From Candidatus Berkiella sp. (GTDB taxonomy: Bacteria > Pseudomonadota > Gammaproteobacteria > Berkiellales > Berkiellaceae): a stretch of 64,000 nt of DNA. The first letter of the stretch is position 1. Each line of letters starts with the position of its first letter. The position numbers and the translations under genes were made by a program. The notes under the pieces were generated by a model, which was given only the letters and a program-made list of their open reading frames with translations, was not told the origin of the DNA and did no database searches. This document shows positions 28,675-38,147 of the stretch, piece after piece. Where the stretch lies: contig JBFWLB010000007.1 of NCBI GenBank assembly GCA_050252335.1, positions 2,261-66,260 on the forward strand, in the 5' to 3' direction.

Positions 28675-28875
28675 ATGTCGCATAAAATTTTAAGACTTCC
28701 CGAGGTGATTAAACAAACCGGTTTATCACGTAGTTCAATTTATCTGCGTATAGCTAACAATGAATTCCCACAACCTATTTCATTAGGTGGGCGTTCAGTT
28801 GGATGGTTACAGCAAGAAATAGATGACTGGTTACTCAACAAAATTGAAACAAGCCGAATCAACGACAATGGCTAA
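28675..28875 (+). CDS. alpA: AlpA family regulator/excisionase
   Basis: ILRLPEVIKQTGLSRSSIY...FPQPISLGGRSVGW. Confidence 0.93.
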   Translation: MSHKILRLPEVIKQTGLSRSSIYLRIANNEFPQPISLGGRSVGWLQQEIDDWLLNKIETSRINDNG

Positions 28876-29314
28876 TTATAATCCCAACAAGGTAAAGATC
28901 AATCGTAGCTATACCTATGAAGAATTGGCTGCTGTGTTTGGAGTGCATAAAAACACGGTAGCCTCTTGGGTAAATAATGGCTTGCCTTGCATGAAAGATA
29001 TGCGGCCGTACCTTATTTTGGGGGCGGATGCAAAGCGATATTTACAAATGAGACAACAAGCAAAAAAACACAAATGTAAGTCAAATGAATTTTATTGCAT
29101 GCGATGTAAAAAGCCAACACGAGCCGCTGAGAACTTCGTGGAATATTTTCCACTGACTGCAACCAAGGGGCGTTTGAGAGGCTTCTGCTTAGCATGCGAA
29201 GGAGTCGTGAATAAGTTTATTGCCAATACGAGTTTAGAAAAATATTCACTGATTTTTGATCTCGTAAAGCCGAAGGGATTAGAACATATAAATGACAGTG
29301 ATAACCCTCTCTAA
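28868..29314 (+). CDS. HTH domain protein with Cys cluster
   Basis: YTYEELAAVFGVHKNTVASWV HTH; YCMRC...CLAC; overlaps the alpA stop. Confidence 0.8.
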   Translation: MANYNPNKVKINRSYTYEELAAVFGVHKNTVASWVNNGLPCMKDMRPYLILGADAKRYLQMRQQAKKHKCKSNEFYCMRCKKPTRAAENFVEYFPLTATKGRLRGFCLACEGVVNKFIANTSLEKYSLIFDLVKPKGLEHINDSDNPL

Positions 29315-29344
29315 AACAGTGGTCTTAAATAGTGAGTTTAAACA

Positions 29345-30445
29345 ATGAGAAGACACAATGCTAATAATGAGCGAATCAAGCGCAAATACTTAGTATTTTT
29401 AAAACAAGCCAAGGGTCAAAATGAAGCTACTATTGATGCTGTGGCTAAAGCGATTGCCCGTTTTGAAAGCTATAACCAGTACAAAGATTTCAAGTCGTTT
29501 CACTATGAGCAGGCTATTGGTTTTAAAAAATACTTGGCTAAACAAAAGCATCATAAAACAGGTAAGCCACTAAGCTTATCTACTTTAAATGGCACGGTGC
29601 GACTTTTAAAAGCATTTCTTGAGTGGCTGTCACAAGAATCTGGTTATAAATCCCGTATTAAGTATTCTGATGCTCAATACTTTAACCTGTCGGAAAAGGA
29701 CACCCGTACCGCAAAAGCTAAACGCCAACAGCCTGTAGCCACAATAGAGCAGATAAAGCACGTGCTGAGAGTGATGCCTAGTACCACCCCCATTCAAAAA
29801 CGTGATAGAGCTTTAATTGCATTCACGCTATTAACAGGCGCTAGAGATAGCGCAATTGCCTCTATGAAGTTAAAGCACGTCGATTTTAATGCTGACACTG
29901 TTTATCAAGATGCTAGGGAAGTTAACACCAAGTTCAGTAAAACCTTTGTAACATGCTTTTTCCCCGTTGGTGATGATGTGCGCGCAATAGTTTTTGAGTG
30001 GGTGACATACCTTAAGACAGAGTGCTTGATGGGTAATGAGGATCCCCTATTCCCCAAAACAAAAATGATCCAAGATGAAGATAATGGCTTTAAGGCTGAT
30101 GGATTAACCAATGAACACTGGGTTAGCGCTGCGGCGATACGTAAGATTTTTAAATATGCATTTGAACTAGCAGATATGCCTTATTTTAATCCTCACAGTT
30201 TTCGTAATACCTTAGCAGCTTTAGGTGAAAGCTTGTGCCAGTCCCCTGAGGAATTTAAAGCATGGAGTCAAAATCTAGGCCATGAGGGCGTACTGACTAC
30301 ATTTTATAGTTATGGCGAAGTGCAAGAGAATAGGCAGGTAGATATTTTTAAACAGTTGAGGCAACCGCGTGCGAATAAGTTGGTTGCTAATGTGGATGAA
30401 TTGGCAAAAGCTGTTGCAAGAGAGATAGTGAAGCAGGGAACTTAG
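29345..30445 (+). CDS. Tyrosine recombinase (second integrase-family gene)
   Basis: TGAR, PHSFR, LGH and C-terminal Tyr catalytic residues present. Confidence 0.9.
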   Translation: MRRHNANNERIKRKYLVFLKQAKGQNEATIDAVAKAIARFESYNQYKDFKSFHYEQAIGFKKYLAKQKHHKTGKPLSLSTLNGTVRLLKAFLEWLSQESGYKSRIKYSDAQYFNLSEKDTRTAKAKRQQPVATIEQIKHVLRVMPSTTPIQKRDRALIAFTLLTGARDSAIASMKLKHVDFNADTVYQDAREVNTKFSKTFVTCFFPVGDDVRAIVFEWVTYLKTECLMGNEDPLFPKTKMIQDEDNGFKADGLTNEHWVSAAAIRKIFKYAFELADMPYFNPHSFRNTLAALGESLCQSPEEFKAWSQNLGHEGVLTTFYSYGEVQENRQVDIFKQLRQPRANKLVANVDELAKAVAREIVKQGT

Positions 30446-30833
30446 CTACTGGTTAACTTGATTACAATATCAATTTTTATAAAATTAGATCCCACTTTGT
30501 TAGCTTCAAACCAAGAGCAGCTCAGCTTAAGCAGTAGTCAAGTGCCGAGGCATTATAGAAAATGTTTGTTCTCATATATGACCCAGCCCATGTGTCTTGG
30601 TCTGATGAGATGTTATATTGTATGGGCTCGATGGCATGCCGATAACTACCTGTGAAATAGGCCAAATTTTGAAAGTTGTGAGCCGTAGGCAGCAATGAAA
30701 GGCTCGCCAGGTGGGGGGGTGTATACACTGGATGTAGATCGTTCCCTAGGCGCAAAATAGGCGATGAAAAGTGACGAAAGGCGTTGCTGCCTAAATATAC
30801 AAAGTTGAAACTGTACGACTAGAGTACTACAAT

Positions 30834-31226
30834 ATGAAGAAAGAACAAATCGAATATATTGCGTTTGAAGGATCAGCTTATACTATTGAGTGGTATTACA
30901 ACGAATCTAACCGGTCGGATGTGCTGGAAGATTTTGAAGAACTTTCAACCGGGGATAAGAAAAATTTATTTATGCTGTTCGAAAGAATGGGGAATGACGG
31001 AGTAATTTCGAATAAAACGAAATTTAGGAATGAAGGCGATGAAATTTGGGCCTTTAAACCGAAACAAGGTCGTTTTCTATGTTTCTTTCACGTGGGCAAA
31101 AAGATTATTGTGCTCAGCTCTTACAAAAAACAAGGTGATAAGCTGCCAAAAAAGGAAAAGAAAAAAGCTGAAAATCGCATGGCAGATTATAAAGCTAGGG
31201 TTAAAAAAGGTGATTATTATGGCTAA
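30834..31226 (+). CDS. RelE/HigB-like (Gp49-type) toxin
   Basis: FRNEGDEIWAFKPKQGRFLCFF...IIVLSSYKKQGDKLP; precedes an overlapping HTH gene. Confidence 0.75.
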   Translation: MKKEQIEYIAFEGSAYTIEWYYNESNRSDVLEDFEELSTGDKKNLFMLFERMGNDGVISNKTKFRNEGDEIWAFKPKQGRFLCFFHVGKKIIVLSSYKKQGDKLPKKEKKKAENRMADYKARVKKGDYYG

Positions 31227-31653
31227 ACCAGTATCAACTTACGAAAGATACATGCAGGATGCTGAATTCAAAAAGGAATACCAAAAAGAATACAAAAAAT
31301 TCTTATTCAGCGAATTACTCTGCGCTTTGATGGACAATGATCGCAAATCCGTTCGTGTATTAGCCGAACAATGTGGTGTTTCCGCCAAGATCATTCAAAA
31401 CCTTAGAACTGGCAAGCAAAAGGATTTAAAGCTTTCTACCTTTTTTAAAGTGATTGAAGTGTTTGGATACGAGGCTTTCATTGAAAAAGGAAACGAAAAA
31501 ATTCCTCTTTTTGATGTAATTGAAGAGGCCGAGGATTTTGAACCTGTTCTCCCTAAGAAGCGACCACCACGAGCTGCCTATACTCCAGTTCGGGCAGCTG
31601 CTGCTAAACATATGGCAAAGCATAAAGTGGCTGCAAAACGTAAGGAAGCTTAA
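31219..31653 (+). CDS. HTH (XRE/HigA-like) antitoxin with basic tail
   Basis: SVRVLAEQCGVSAKIIQNLRTG HTH; ATG 31219 overlaps the toxin stop. Confidence 0.75.
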   Translation: MAKPVSTYERYMQDAEFKKEYQKEYKKFLFSELLCALMDNDRKSVRVLAEQCGVSAKIIQNLRTGKQKDLKLSTFFKVIEVFGYEAFIEKGNEKIPLFDVIEEAEDFEPVLPKKRPPRAAYTPVRAAAAKHMAKHKVAAKRKEA

Positions 31654-32894
31654 TTAACAACTAATCTAAGTGCTCGTTTCTCAAAAAGTTTCATATGCCC
31701 AGAGGCTGCCTGCTCGATGTGATTGCTCCACCACTCCATAACAGGTTTTCGTCTTGCCAGATAATTTGCCCTATTGTAGGCATTTCGCACTTCGTCTTTG
31801 CCAGTGTGAGCTAAGGCAGCTTCTATTACGTCAAAGTCAAAGCCTTGCTCATTCAGAGTGGTACTTGCTAATGCTCTAAAACCATGGGAAACCAGTAAGC
31901 CACCATAGCCCATCCGTTTAAGAGCAACATTTGCGGTGCACGAATTGATATGGGTGCGTGGATCACGATCTGCTGGGAACACATGCTCTCTATGGCCACT
32001 TATAGGTTTCATGATCTCAAGTAGGGCAATGCATTGGTCGGTTAAAGGAACGATGTGTTCCTTTTTCTTTTTCATTCGTTCAGCAGGAATTGTCCAGAGT
32101 CGATTCTCAATGTCGATTTCTTCCCAGCGAGCACCTGCGGCTTCGCTAGGCCTAACCATGGTATGTAGTTGCCATTCGATTAGGCAACGTGTTGTTCGTT
32201 TAATGCTTGCTGTGAGGATTGTCCGCATTAATTCAGGTAATTGATCTGGCTTGAGTGTTGGGAGGTGTTGTTTTGTCGGTGCTTTGAATGCTTTACTGAT
32301 CCCCGCTAATGGATTAGCCGCGAGTATTCCAGAGTTAACAGCAAAGATCATAATTTCATTGAGTCGCTGGCAAAGTCGTTTGACGGTTTCTAGACTGCCT
32401 TTAGCAGCAATAGGCTTGATGGTATCGATAGTTTTGACGGCCGTAATCTTATGAATAGGTAGTTTTCCTAGGCTCGGGAAAATATGTAGCTCAAGCGAGC
32501 GCCATGTGTCGTCTGCGTGGTTGGCTGATACGCTAGACTTTTTGACTTCTAGCCATTGTGCAGCAATGTGTTTAAGCGTGTTTGTGTGCTCACGTTCTTT
32601 TTTAAGATCGTTTTCGTCACGGTATTCTTTGGGATCAATTTCTTTGGCTAGCAATTCTCTAGCAAATTTGCGTTTGCTGCGTGCGTCGGCAATAGATACT
32701 TCAGGATAGCTACCAAAACTGAGGCAGGTTCGCACTTTGGTGAACGGCCGGTAATAATCAAATAGCCAAAGCTTAGAGCCATTGGGTTTTACGCGAAGCT
32801 GTAAGCCTTCGCCATCTGATAGCGCGTAAACCTTCTTTTTGGGCTTTGCCTGTTTAACTTCAGTATTGGTTAAAGGTTTTGTTGTTCTGGCCAT
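31650..32894 (-). CDS. P4-like tyrosine integrase
   Basis: Arm-binding N-terminus LTNTEVKQAKPK...DGEGL; MVRPSE, HGFR, LAH, AY catalytic residues; adjacent to ssrA. Confidence 0.95.
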   Translation of the reverse strand: MARTTKPLTNTEVKQAKPKKKVYALSDGEGLQLRVKPNGSKLWLFDYYRPFTKVRTCLSFGSYPEVSIADARSKRKFARELLAKEIDPKEYRDENDLKKEREHTNTLKHIAAQWLEVKKSSVSANHADDTWRSLELHIFPSLGKLPIHKITAVKTIDTIKPIAAKGSLETVKRLCQRLNEIMIFAVNSGILAANPLAGISKAFKAPTKQHLPTLKPDQLPELMRTILTASIKRTTRCLIEWQLHTMVRPSEAAGARWEEIDIENRLWTIPAERMKKKKEHIVPLTDQCIALLEIMKPISGHREHVFPADRDPRTHINSCTANVALKRMGYGGLLVSHGFRALASTTLNEQGFDFDVIEAALAHTGKDEVRNAYNRANYLARRKPVMEWWSNHIEQAASGHMKLFEKRALRLVVN

Positions 32895-32895
32895 C

Positions 32896-32950
32896 TTAGT
32901 AGTACCACTTTTAGAGTATCGCTATGGTACTACTAAGTGAACTACTAAAA
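32896..32950. promoter_or_regulatory. Putative integrase arm-type sites
   Basis: 12-bp perfect IR ttagtagtacca / tggtactactaa plus actactaaaa; a similar 26-mer (18/26) at 20225-20250 at the other island end. Confidence 0.55.
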
Positions 32951-32990
32951 AAGTAGGATCTTATGAAATGCCTTAGAGTCTTATAGGTAC

Positions 32991-33028
32991 AAAAAAAGCC
33001 TATAACTCGTTAAAATTATAGGCTTTTT
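32991..33028 (-). terminator. Intrinsic terminator downstream of ssrA
   Basis: aaaaaaagcctataa-N10-ttataggcttttt hairpin with T tracts. Confidence 0.7.
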
Positions 33029-33059
33029 AGTCGTTCTCGTATTTCGTTGGATTTAAATC

Positions 33060-33408
33060 TGGTGGAGGCGGCGGGAATCGAACCCGCGTCCGAAGCATTT
33101 ACGCTGAAGGGTCTACATGTTTATCTAGACCATTATTTTAACTGGCCACACCCGGCCTAGCAGGGTATAAACAGCGAGTCTCTGAGTTTTAACCAAGGAC
33201 TTCGAAACAAAGCCATTGGCGATCTTGTAAAAGTTACCCCCTGTCTAACCGTACAAGCCCGGCTAGGAGAGAGGCTATCGCTTAAGCAGCGATTGCGTAG
33301 TTTTCGTCGTTTGCAATTATGACGATTGCAGTTAAGTTTAACGAGATTAATTGCCTACTCGACATGCACCTTAAGTTTCAAGTACCCCGTCGAAGCCTGG
33401 TCGCCCCC
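33060..33408 (-). ncRNA. ssrA: tmRNA; tag ANDENYAIAA* at 33282-33314
   Basis: 5' GGGGGCGACCAGGCTTCGAC, 3' GGGTTCGATTCCCGCCGCCTCCACCA, in-frame proteolysis tag. Confidence 0.98.
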
Positions 33409-33416
33409 AACTAATA

Positions 33417-33445
33417 ATCATAGCTAATATAGTTATTTGTGTCAA
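33417..33445 (-). promoter_or_regulatory. Sigma70 promoter of ssrA
   Basis: TTGACA-17 nt-TATGAT just upstream of the tmRNA 5' end. Confidence 0.8.
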
Positions 33446-33485
33446 TTTGTCTAGCAGTACAATTAGGCTAGGCGTCAAGCTTTTT

Positions 33486-35540
33486 TCAAGGCTTAATAGA
33501 ATATTTGGATGATTCCAGAGCTTCTTTCTCTAACTTTTCATTGGCAGCTTTATCTTTTTCGCCATCTTCAGAGACAAGTAACTCTGGCTCTGAATCTTTG
33601 TTGGCAACGGTTTCAAAATGCTTTATTAAAGAGCGTGTATTTCTGGGACCACTCTCTACCGCTTCTGTCTCTTTTTCAGCAGAAGTTAAATCAGCCTTAT
33701 CGGATGCTGCCTCTTCAACAACCTCAACTGCTATCTCCACTTCTGGATGTATAGGCGCGGATATCTCTATTTCTTTCTTTTTCCCCAAAAGACCAGAAAA
33801 GAAAGAGCCAATGGCATTCGCGGCACGTCTAAACACCCCAGGCGCTTCAGCAGCAGTCTGCGTTTTCTTCTCAACAAATTCTTCTACACTCGGAGAAACG
33901 GCATATTCTACTTGCCCTTGCACATTCTCAACTTTTTTATTTAATTTATACCCTTTCCAAGCGAGTTTTGTTCCCTTATATGCAGCAACAGCAGCTGGTA
34001 AAGCCGCAATGGCACTTAAAGCGCCATAAACAGGTACGGCTGCAGGTGCGGCAGGGGTAGCCAACATAATCATTGGCACAAAGGTCGCGACTGCACTCAA
34101 TAACACAGCAACCACATTCCAACCAATAATCTTTAAACGAGTACTCGCATTTTCTGATAAGCTATGTAATCGTTGCCTTCTCTTAAACAAATTCATTACT
34201 TCGCCATAATCTTCTTTAAACTGCTTTTCAGTATTTTCTTGGCGCCATTTTGTTGCTTTTGTCATCCAATCGCCAATATTTGTGAACTTAATATCTGGCG
34301 ACTCAAAAACAAGTGTATACATTAATGAGGATTTATCTGCGTTAGGAGAATTTATAAAATAATCTGCAAATTTTACAATGAAGTCTCCTGCTTTTTTCTT
34401 ATCTTCTGGTGTATTTAAATTCGTCAAATTTTCTAAATATATTTTTAATTCCGCTTTAAAGTCATCGGGCAAACGATATTGCTCTACCAGTTGATATTGA
34501 TTATGTGCATAGCGTAACGTCGCTGCGTCAGCTTTATCAAAACCTTTATCCAATAGCTCTTTTTCAAAATCAGCATGTGGTTGTTTCAACCAATCTGGTG
34601 ATAAATTTTTTCCAACCAACATCATCATGATTTCATTTTGCAAATGTGCATTATTTAAGAACTCCCGATGCGGCTCTAACTTATCTGCGGGCAAAGAAAG
34701 TAAATCAAGCGTATTTTCAAAATTTTCTTTTGAAGCATGTGGGATCACAGACATGATGCCACGAATTTTTTCTTGCTGAGCTTGGTTTATATTAATAGAG
34801 TGATTGAGCACACGAACCATCACATCACGCATTTGTCTTTCAGACATATGCTTTTTATCTTTTCTGTAAATAAGAATATCTTTTATTTCATTTCGTAAAT
34901 TTTCTGGCAATTGTGCTGCGGCAATTCTTTTTCGGATTTGGCTTGCTTCTTGGAATGTCTTAATTGTTTGCTCATTTATATTAGCAATTTTACACATTTC
35001 TTCAATGGCATCAGGTTCTGACTCAAAAAGTTTTGAAGGTAAATGACGATATGCTTTTAAAAGTGAAGTCGCCTTTTCAAATTTCTCATATTCAGCTTGT
35101 AAATCTTTAGGGACACCTAATTTATCTATCAGATTTTCTATTTTATCTTTATCTTTAAAATCTTTTTTGATGCGTCTTTTTTCCCATTTTTCAGAGAAAT
35201 ATACCGCAATATTTCGTACTAATGTAACCGTTGACCCCACAAAGGCCAACACAGGCACTGCTGCCGCTAAGGCAAGTGCCATGATCACACCCGTTGCGAT
35301 AGATAATGCAGCCGAAATACCAAACAAAGTGGCCGGAAACAATTTCTCATACCAGGATAATTCTTTGTTTCGCAGTGTTTCCACCATAGAATAGGCAAAC
35401 ATACCTGCACCAACAAAATGGAAAATGTTCCCAAAGGCAGCACCTAAACTACCTGACGCACTGCCAACATTACCAGCACCTAATGCACTAATACCTTGCC
35501 TTAAGTTCGTTACGAGATCTCGAGCGCCTGATAATGCCAT
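33486..35540 (-). CDS. Hypothetical 684-aa membrane protein, effector-like
   Basis: Two Ala/Gly-rich hydrophobic blocks flanking a charged helical core; acidic C-terminal tail. Confidence 0.8.
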   Translation of the reverse strand: MALSGARDLVTNLRQGISALGAGNVGSASGSLGAAFGNIFHFVGAGMFAYSMVETLRNKELSWYEKLFPATLFGISAALSIATGVIMALALAAAVPVLAFVGSTVTLVRNIAVYFSEKWEKRRIKKDFKDKDKIENLIDKLGVPKDLQAEYEKFEKATSLLKAYRHLPSKLFESEPDAIEEMCKIANINEQTIKTFQEASQIRKRIAAAQLPENLRNEIKDILIYRKDKKHMSERQMRDVMVRVLNHSININQAQQEKIRGIMSVIPHASKENFENTLDLLSLPADKLEPHREFLNNAHLQNEIMMMLVGKNLSPDWLKQPHADFEKELLDKGFDKADAATLRYAHNQYQLVEQYRLPDDFKAELKIYLENLTNLNTPEDKKKAGDFIVKFADYFINSPNADKSSLMYTLVFESPDIKFTNIGDWMTKATKWRQENTEKQFKEDYGEVMNLFKRRQRLHSLSENASTRLKIIGWNVVAVLLSAVATFVPMIMLATPAAPAAVPVYGALSAIAALPAAVAAYKGTKLAWKGYKLNKKVENVQGQVEYAVSPSVEEFVEKKTQTAAEAPGVFRRAANAIGSFFSGLLGKKKEIEISAPIHPEVEIAVEVVEEAASDKADLTSAEKETEAVESGPRNTRSLIKHFETVANKDSEPELLVSEDGEKDKAANEKLEKEALESSKYSIKP

Positions 35541-35753
35541 ATATGCACACTTAAGTTAATTATGGTACTTATAATATAGTTTATTACATTTTCAAGTTAA
35601 TTTACTAAAATATATTTTATATAGAATTCAAAGCATTAAAATGCTACTTTGTCGCATGTACACACAATAAAATTATGCTTAAAATAAAGATTGTTCTATG
35701 TAGTCGCAGCACATGACTATATCCAGCTTGTTTTTTATCTAAATAAGAGCCTC

Positions 35754-37115
35754 ATGAAAAGTATCAGTCCTGTTAGTGCCGAACTCATCTGCATTTTTCA
35801 AGCACATACAAATGCAGAAATAGAAAATGCAATTATCAATGCACACAATGCCTTTAAAACATGGCGCAACTATTCCTTTGAGAGACGTGCAAGCTGTTTC
35901 AAAAAAGCAGCCACAATACTCAGAGATAACGCAGTAGAGCATGCCACAATGATTAGCCAAGAAATGGGCAAGTCATTTAAAGAAGCGCTGGCAGAAATTG
36001 AAAAGTGTGCCGTATGTTGCGATTATTATGCTGAGCATGGCGCTACACTATTGCAAAATGAAAGCATCTCAACAGCAGCACAAAAAAGTTATATCAGCTA
36101 TCAACCTTTAGGCGTTATTTTATCGATTATGCCTTGGAATTTTCCCTATTGGCAGGTATTTCGTTTTGCAGCCCCCACACTTATGGCTGGAAATACTGCT
36201 CTTTTAAAACATGCCTCTAATGTATCGGGCTGTTCTGTCGCTATTGAAAAAATATTTATAGATGCTGGTTTTTTAGAGCATACTTTTCAATCACTGTTGG
36301 TAAAATCTACAGATATAGAACCCATCATTGCTCATCCTTTGGTTCAGGCTGTCACGCTCACTGGCAGCACACAGGCTGGCAGCAGTGTGGCTCAATTGTG
36401 TGGAAAATATATCAAAAAATCTGTCTTAGAATTAGGTGGCAGTGATCCCTATCTCATTTTAGAAGATGCTGATTTAGAAAGTGCCGCTGAATTATGTGTA
36501 CAAAGCAGAACTTTAAATGCAGGACAAAGCTGCATTGCAGCAAAGCGCTTTCTAGTGATGGAATCTGTTTATGAAAGGTTTGTCAGCTTATTTGTAGATA
36601 AAATGCGCGCCATCCGAATGGGCGATCCCTTTTCTGCACAAACACATATTGGTCCAATGGCAACACATGCATTACGTGATGAGTTACATAAGCAAGTAAC
36701 TCGCTCTATCCAACTAGGTGCAAACTGTCTATTGGGGGGGGAACTTCCAGATAATGTGGGCGCTTATTATCCTGCCACTGTACTTAGCAATGTAAAACCT
36801 GGCATGCCTGCCTTTGAAGAAGAATTATTTGGTCCTGTTGCCAGCATCATCAAAGTCAAAACACAAAAAGAAGCGATTGAAATTGCCAATGCCAGCCATT
36901 TTGGTCTAGGAAGTGCTGTTTTTACACAAGATATTGCAAAGGGACAGCATATTGCTGAGCATGAACTCCAATCTGGCAACTGCTTTGTAAATGATTTTGT
37001 ACGCTCTGATCCTCGCTTACCTTTTGGCGGCATTAAACAAAGCGGCTATGGCAGAGAATTAGCGCATTGTGGTATACGAGAATTCTGCAATATTAAAACT
37101 GTTTATATTAAGTAA
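35754..37115 (+). CDS. NAD(P)-dependent succinate-semialdehyde dehydrogenase-like ALDH
   Basis: IMPWNFP, LKHAS, TGS, LELGGSDP, AGQSC, EELFGP, LPFGGIKQSGYGRE. Confidence 0.93.
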   Translation: MKSISPVSAELICIFQAHTNAEIENAIINAHNAFKTWRNYSFERRASCFKKAATILRDNAVEHATMISQEMGKSFKEALAEIEKCAVCCDYYAEHGATLLQNESISTAAQKSYISYQPLGVILSIMPWNFPYWQVFRFAAPTLMAGNTALLKHASNVSGCSVAIEKIFIDAGFLEHTFQSLLVKSTDIEPIIAHPLVQAVTLTGSTQAGSSVAQLCGKYIKKSVLELGGSDPYLILEDADLESAAELCVQSRTLNAGQSCIAAKRFLVMESVYERFVSLFVDKMRAIRMGDPFSAQTHIGPMATHALRDELHKQVTRSIQLGANCLLGGELPDNVGAYYPATVLSNVKPGMPAFEEELFGPVASIIKVKTQKEAIEIANASHFGLGSAVFTQDIAKGQHIAEHELQSGNCFVNDFVRSDPRLPFGGIKQSGYGRELAHCGIREFCNIKTVYIK

Positions 37116-37125
37116 AACACTATTG

Positions 37126-37911
37126 ATGAACACGCAAATACAAAATAATACTGCAGAAAATACTTGGCTATCAAAACTATACAAATATGGTAAGTCTGTT
37201 AATAGTCACGATGCGCTCAAAATAGTCGCTATTACTTTGATGTTTGTCGATCATATAGGTTACTACCTTTTTGACAATAACAGTGTCATGCGCTTGATAG
37301 GTAGAAGTGCCGCTCCTCTTTTTTATTTTCTAATTGGCTATACAGGAAAAGTAAATTGTAAACCCAGTTTATTGATCTATGGGGGCATCTTATCATTAAC
37401 GGGTTTACTATTTGGCCATACCTTCTGGATTAATATACTTTATACCTTTATTTTTGCCTATTTAATCTTGCTGTATATCCCAACAACCAAGCTACCTGTT
37501 TTTGTCTCTATAGGATTAATAGTTGCTTTGATTGTGGCAAATTCTTTTCTCTATCCTTATGTAGAGTACGGCACGCTAGGTATTATCATTGCAATTACTG
37601 CACATTGGCTAAAAGAGAAAGTGCCTTTAGCGGGGCTCTGGCTTGCCTTAGCCTTAGGTTTACATATGTTTTGGCAAGCATTGGTATTCAATCTCTTTCG
37701 AACGCCCGCATTTACCTATGGTACTCTTTTTATAACATTGTCACTTTGGCTAGCGTTATATAACTATAAGCTGATCAACCTTAAGATCCCACAGCTGCTC
37801 ATTCTCCCCAGCCTGTTTATTTCCCGCTATTCTTTGGATATTTATTTTTATCATGTGTTCTTGTTAAAAGCCTACCATCTGGCACATAAGTACGGTTATT
37901 TATTTTTTTAA
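37126..37911 (+). CDS. TraX-like integral membrane protein
   Basis: DALKIVAITLMFVDHIG...GRSAAPLF motif typical of the TraX family; multiple TM helices. Confidence 0.7.
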   Translation: MNTQIQNNTAENTWLSKLYKYGKSVNSHDALKIVAITLMFVDHIGYYLFDNNSVMRLIGRSAAPLFYFLIGYTGKVNCKPSLLIYGGILSLTGLLFGHTFWINILYTFIFAYLILLYIPTTKLPVFVSIGLIVALIVANSFLYPYVEYGTLGIIIAITAHWLKEKVPLAGLWLALALGLHMFWQALVFNLFRTPAFTYGTLFITLSLWLALYNYKLINLKIPQLLILPSLFISRYSLDIYFYHVFLLKAYHLAHKYGYLFF

Positions 37912-38147
37912 GGTCTTTTCATGTGCTGCATAATACCGACTTTAATTTCAGTCTTTTTGTGAATATTGAATGAGATCATATTCTTAACGTTTCGTGAAAT
38001 ATCACTTTTGTTTCGTTATAGTGCCTAAAGATGTAGCGCCTTGTCTTTACAGCAAAAAACCTCAGCATTGACTTCATTTTTAGGATTTAGTTTAATAACT
38101 AAATACACTCTTTTTTTAACTTTCTGATGTCGTTAGGTGTCCTCGTC

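Larger units (their letters stand above)
20154..33077. mobile_element. Genomic island integrated at the tmRNA 3' end (~12.9 kb)
   Basis: Flanking att repeats, P4-type integrase next to ssrA, AlpA, second recombinase, R-M and TA cargo. Confidence 0.9.

Noticed and set aside
25195-30445. hsdS shufflon or phase variation driven by the second recombinase
   Set aside because: No silent TRD cassettes or inverted repeats flanking hsdS were found
30458-30755. Short ORFs between the recombinase and the toxin
   Set aside because: No SD or recognisable motifs; the region looks like a noncoding recombination or regulatory spacer
33060-33095. tRNA-like T-arm and CCA end
   Set aside because: It is the tRNA-like domain of tmRNA; the 5' end and tag ORF are present and there is no anticodon arm
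33505-34029. 174-aa + strand ORF and other short ORFs nested inside long genes (e.g. in hsdR, ALDH, dxs, lysC)
   Set aside because: They overlap well-supported genes on the opposite strand or frame and have no motifs of their own
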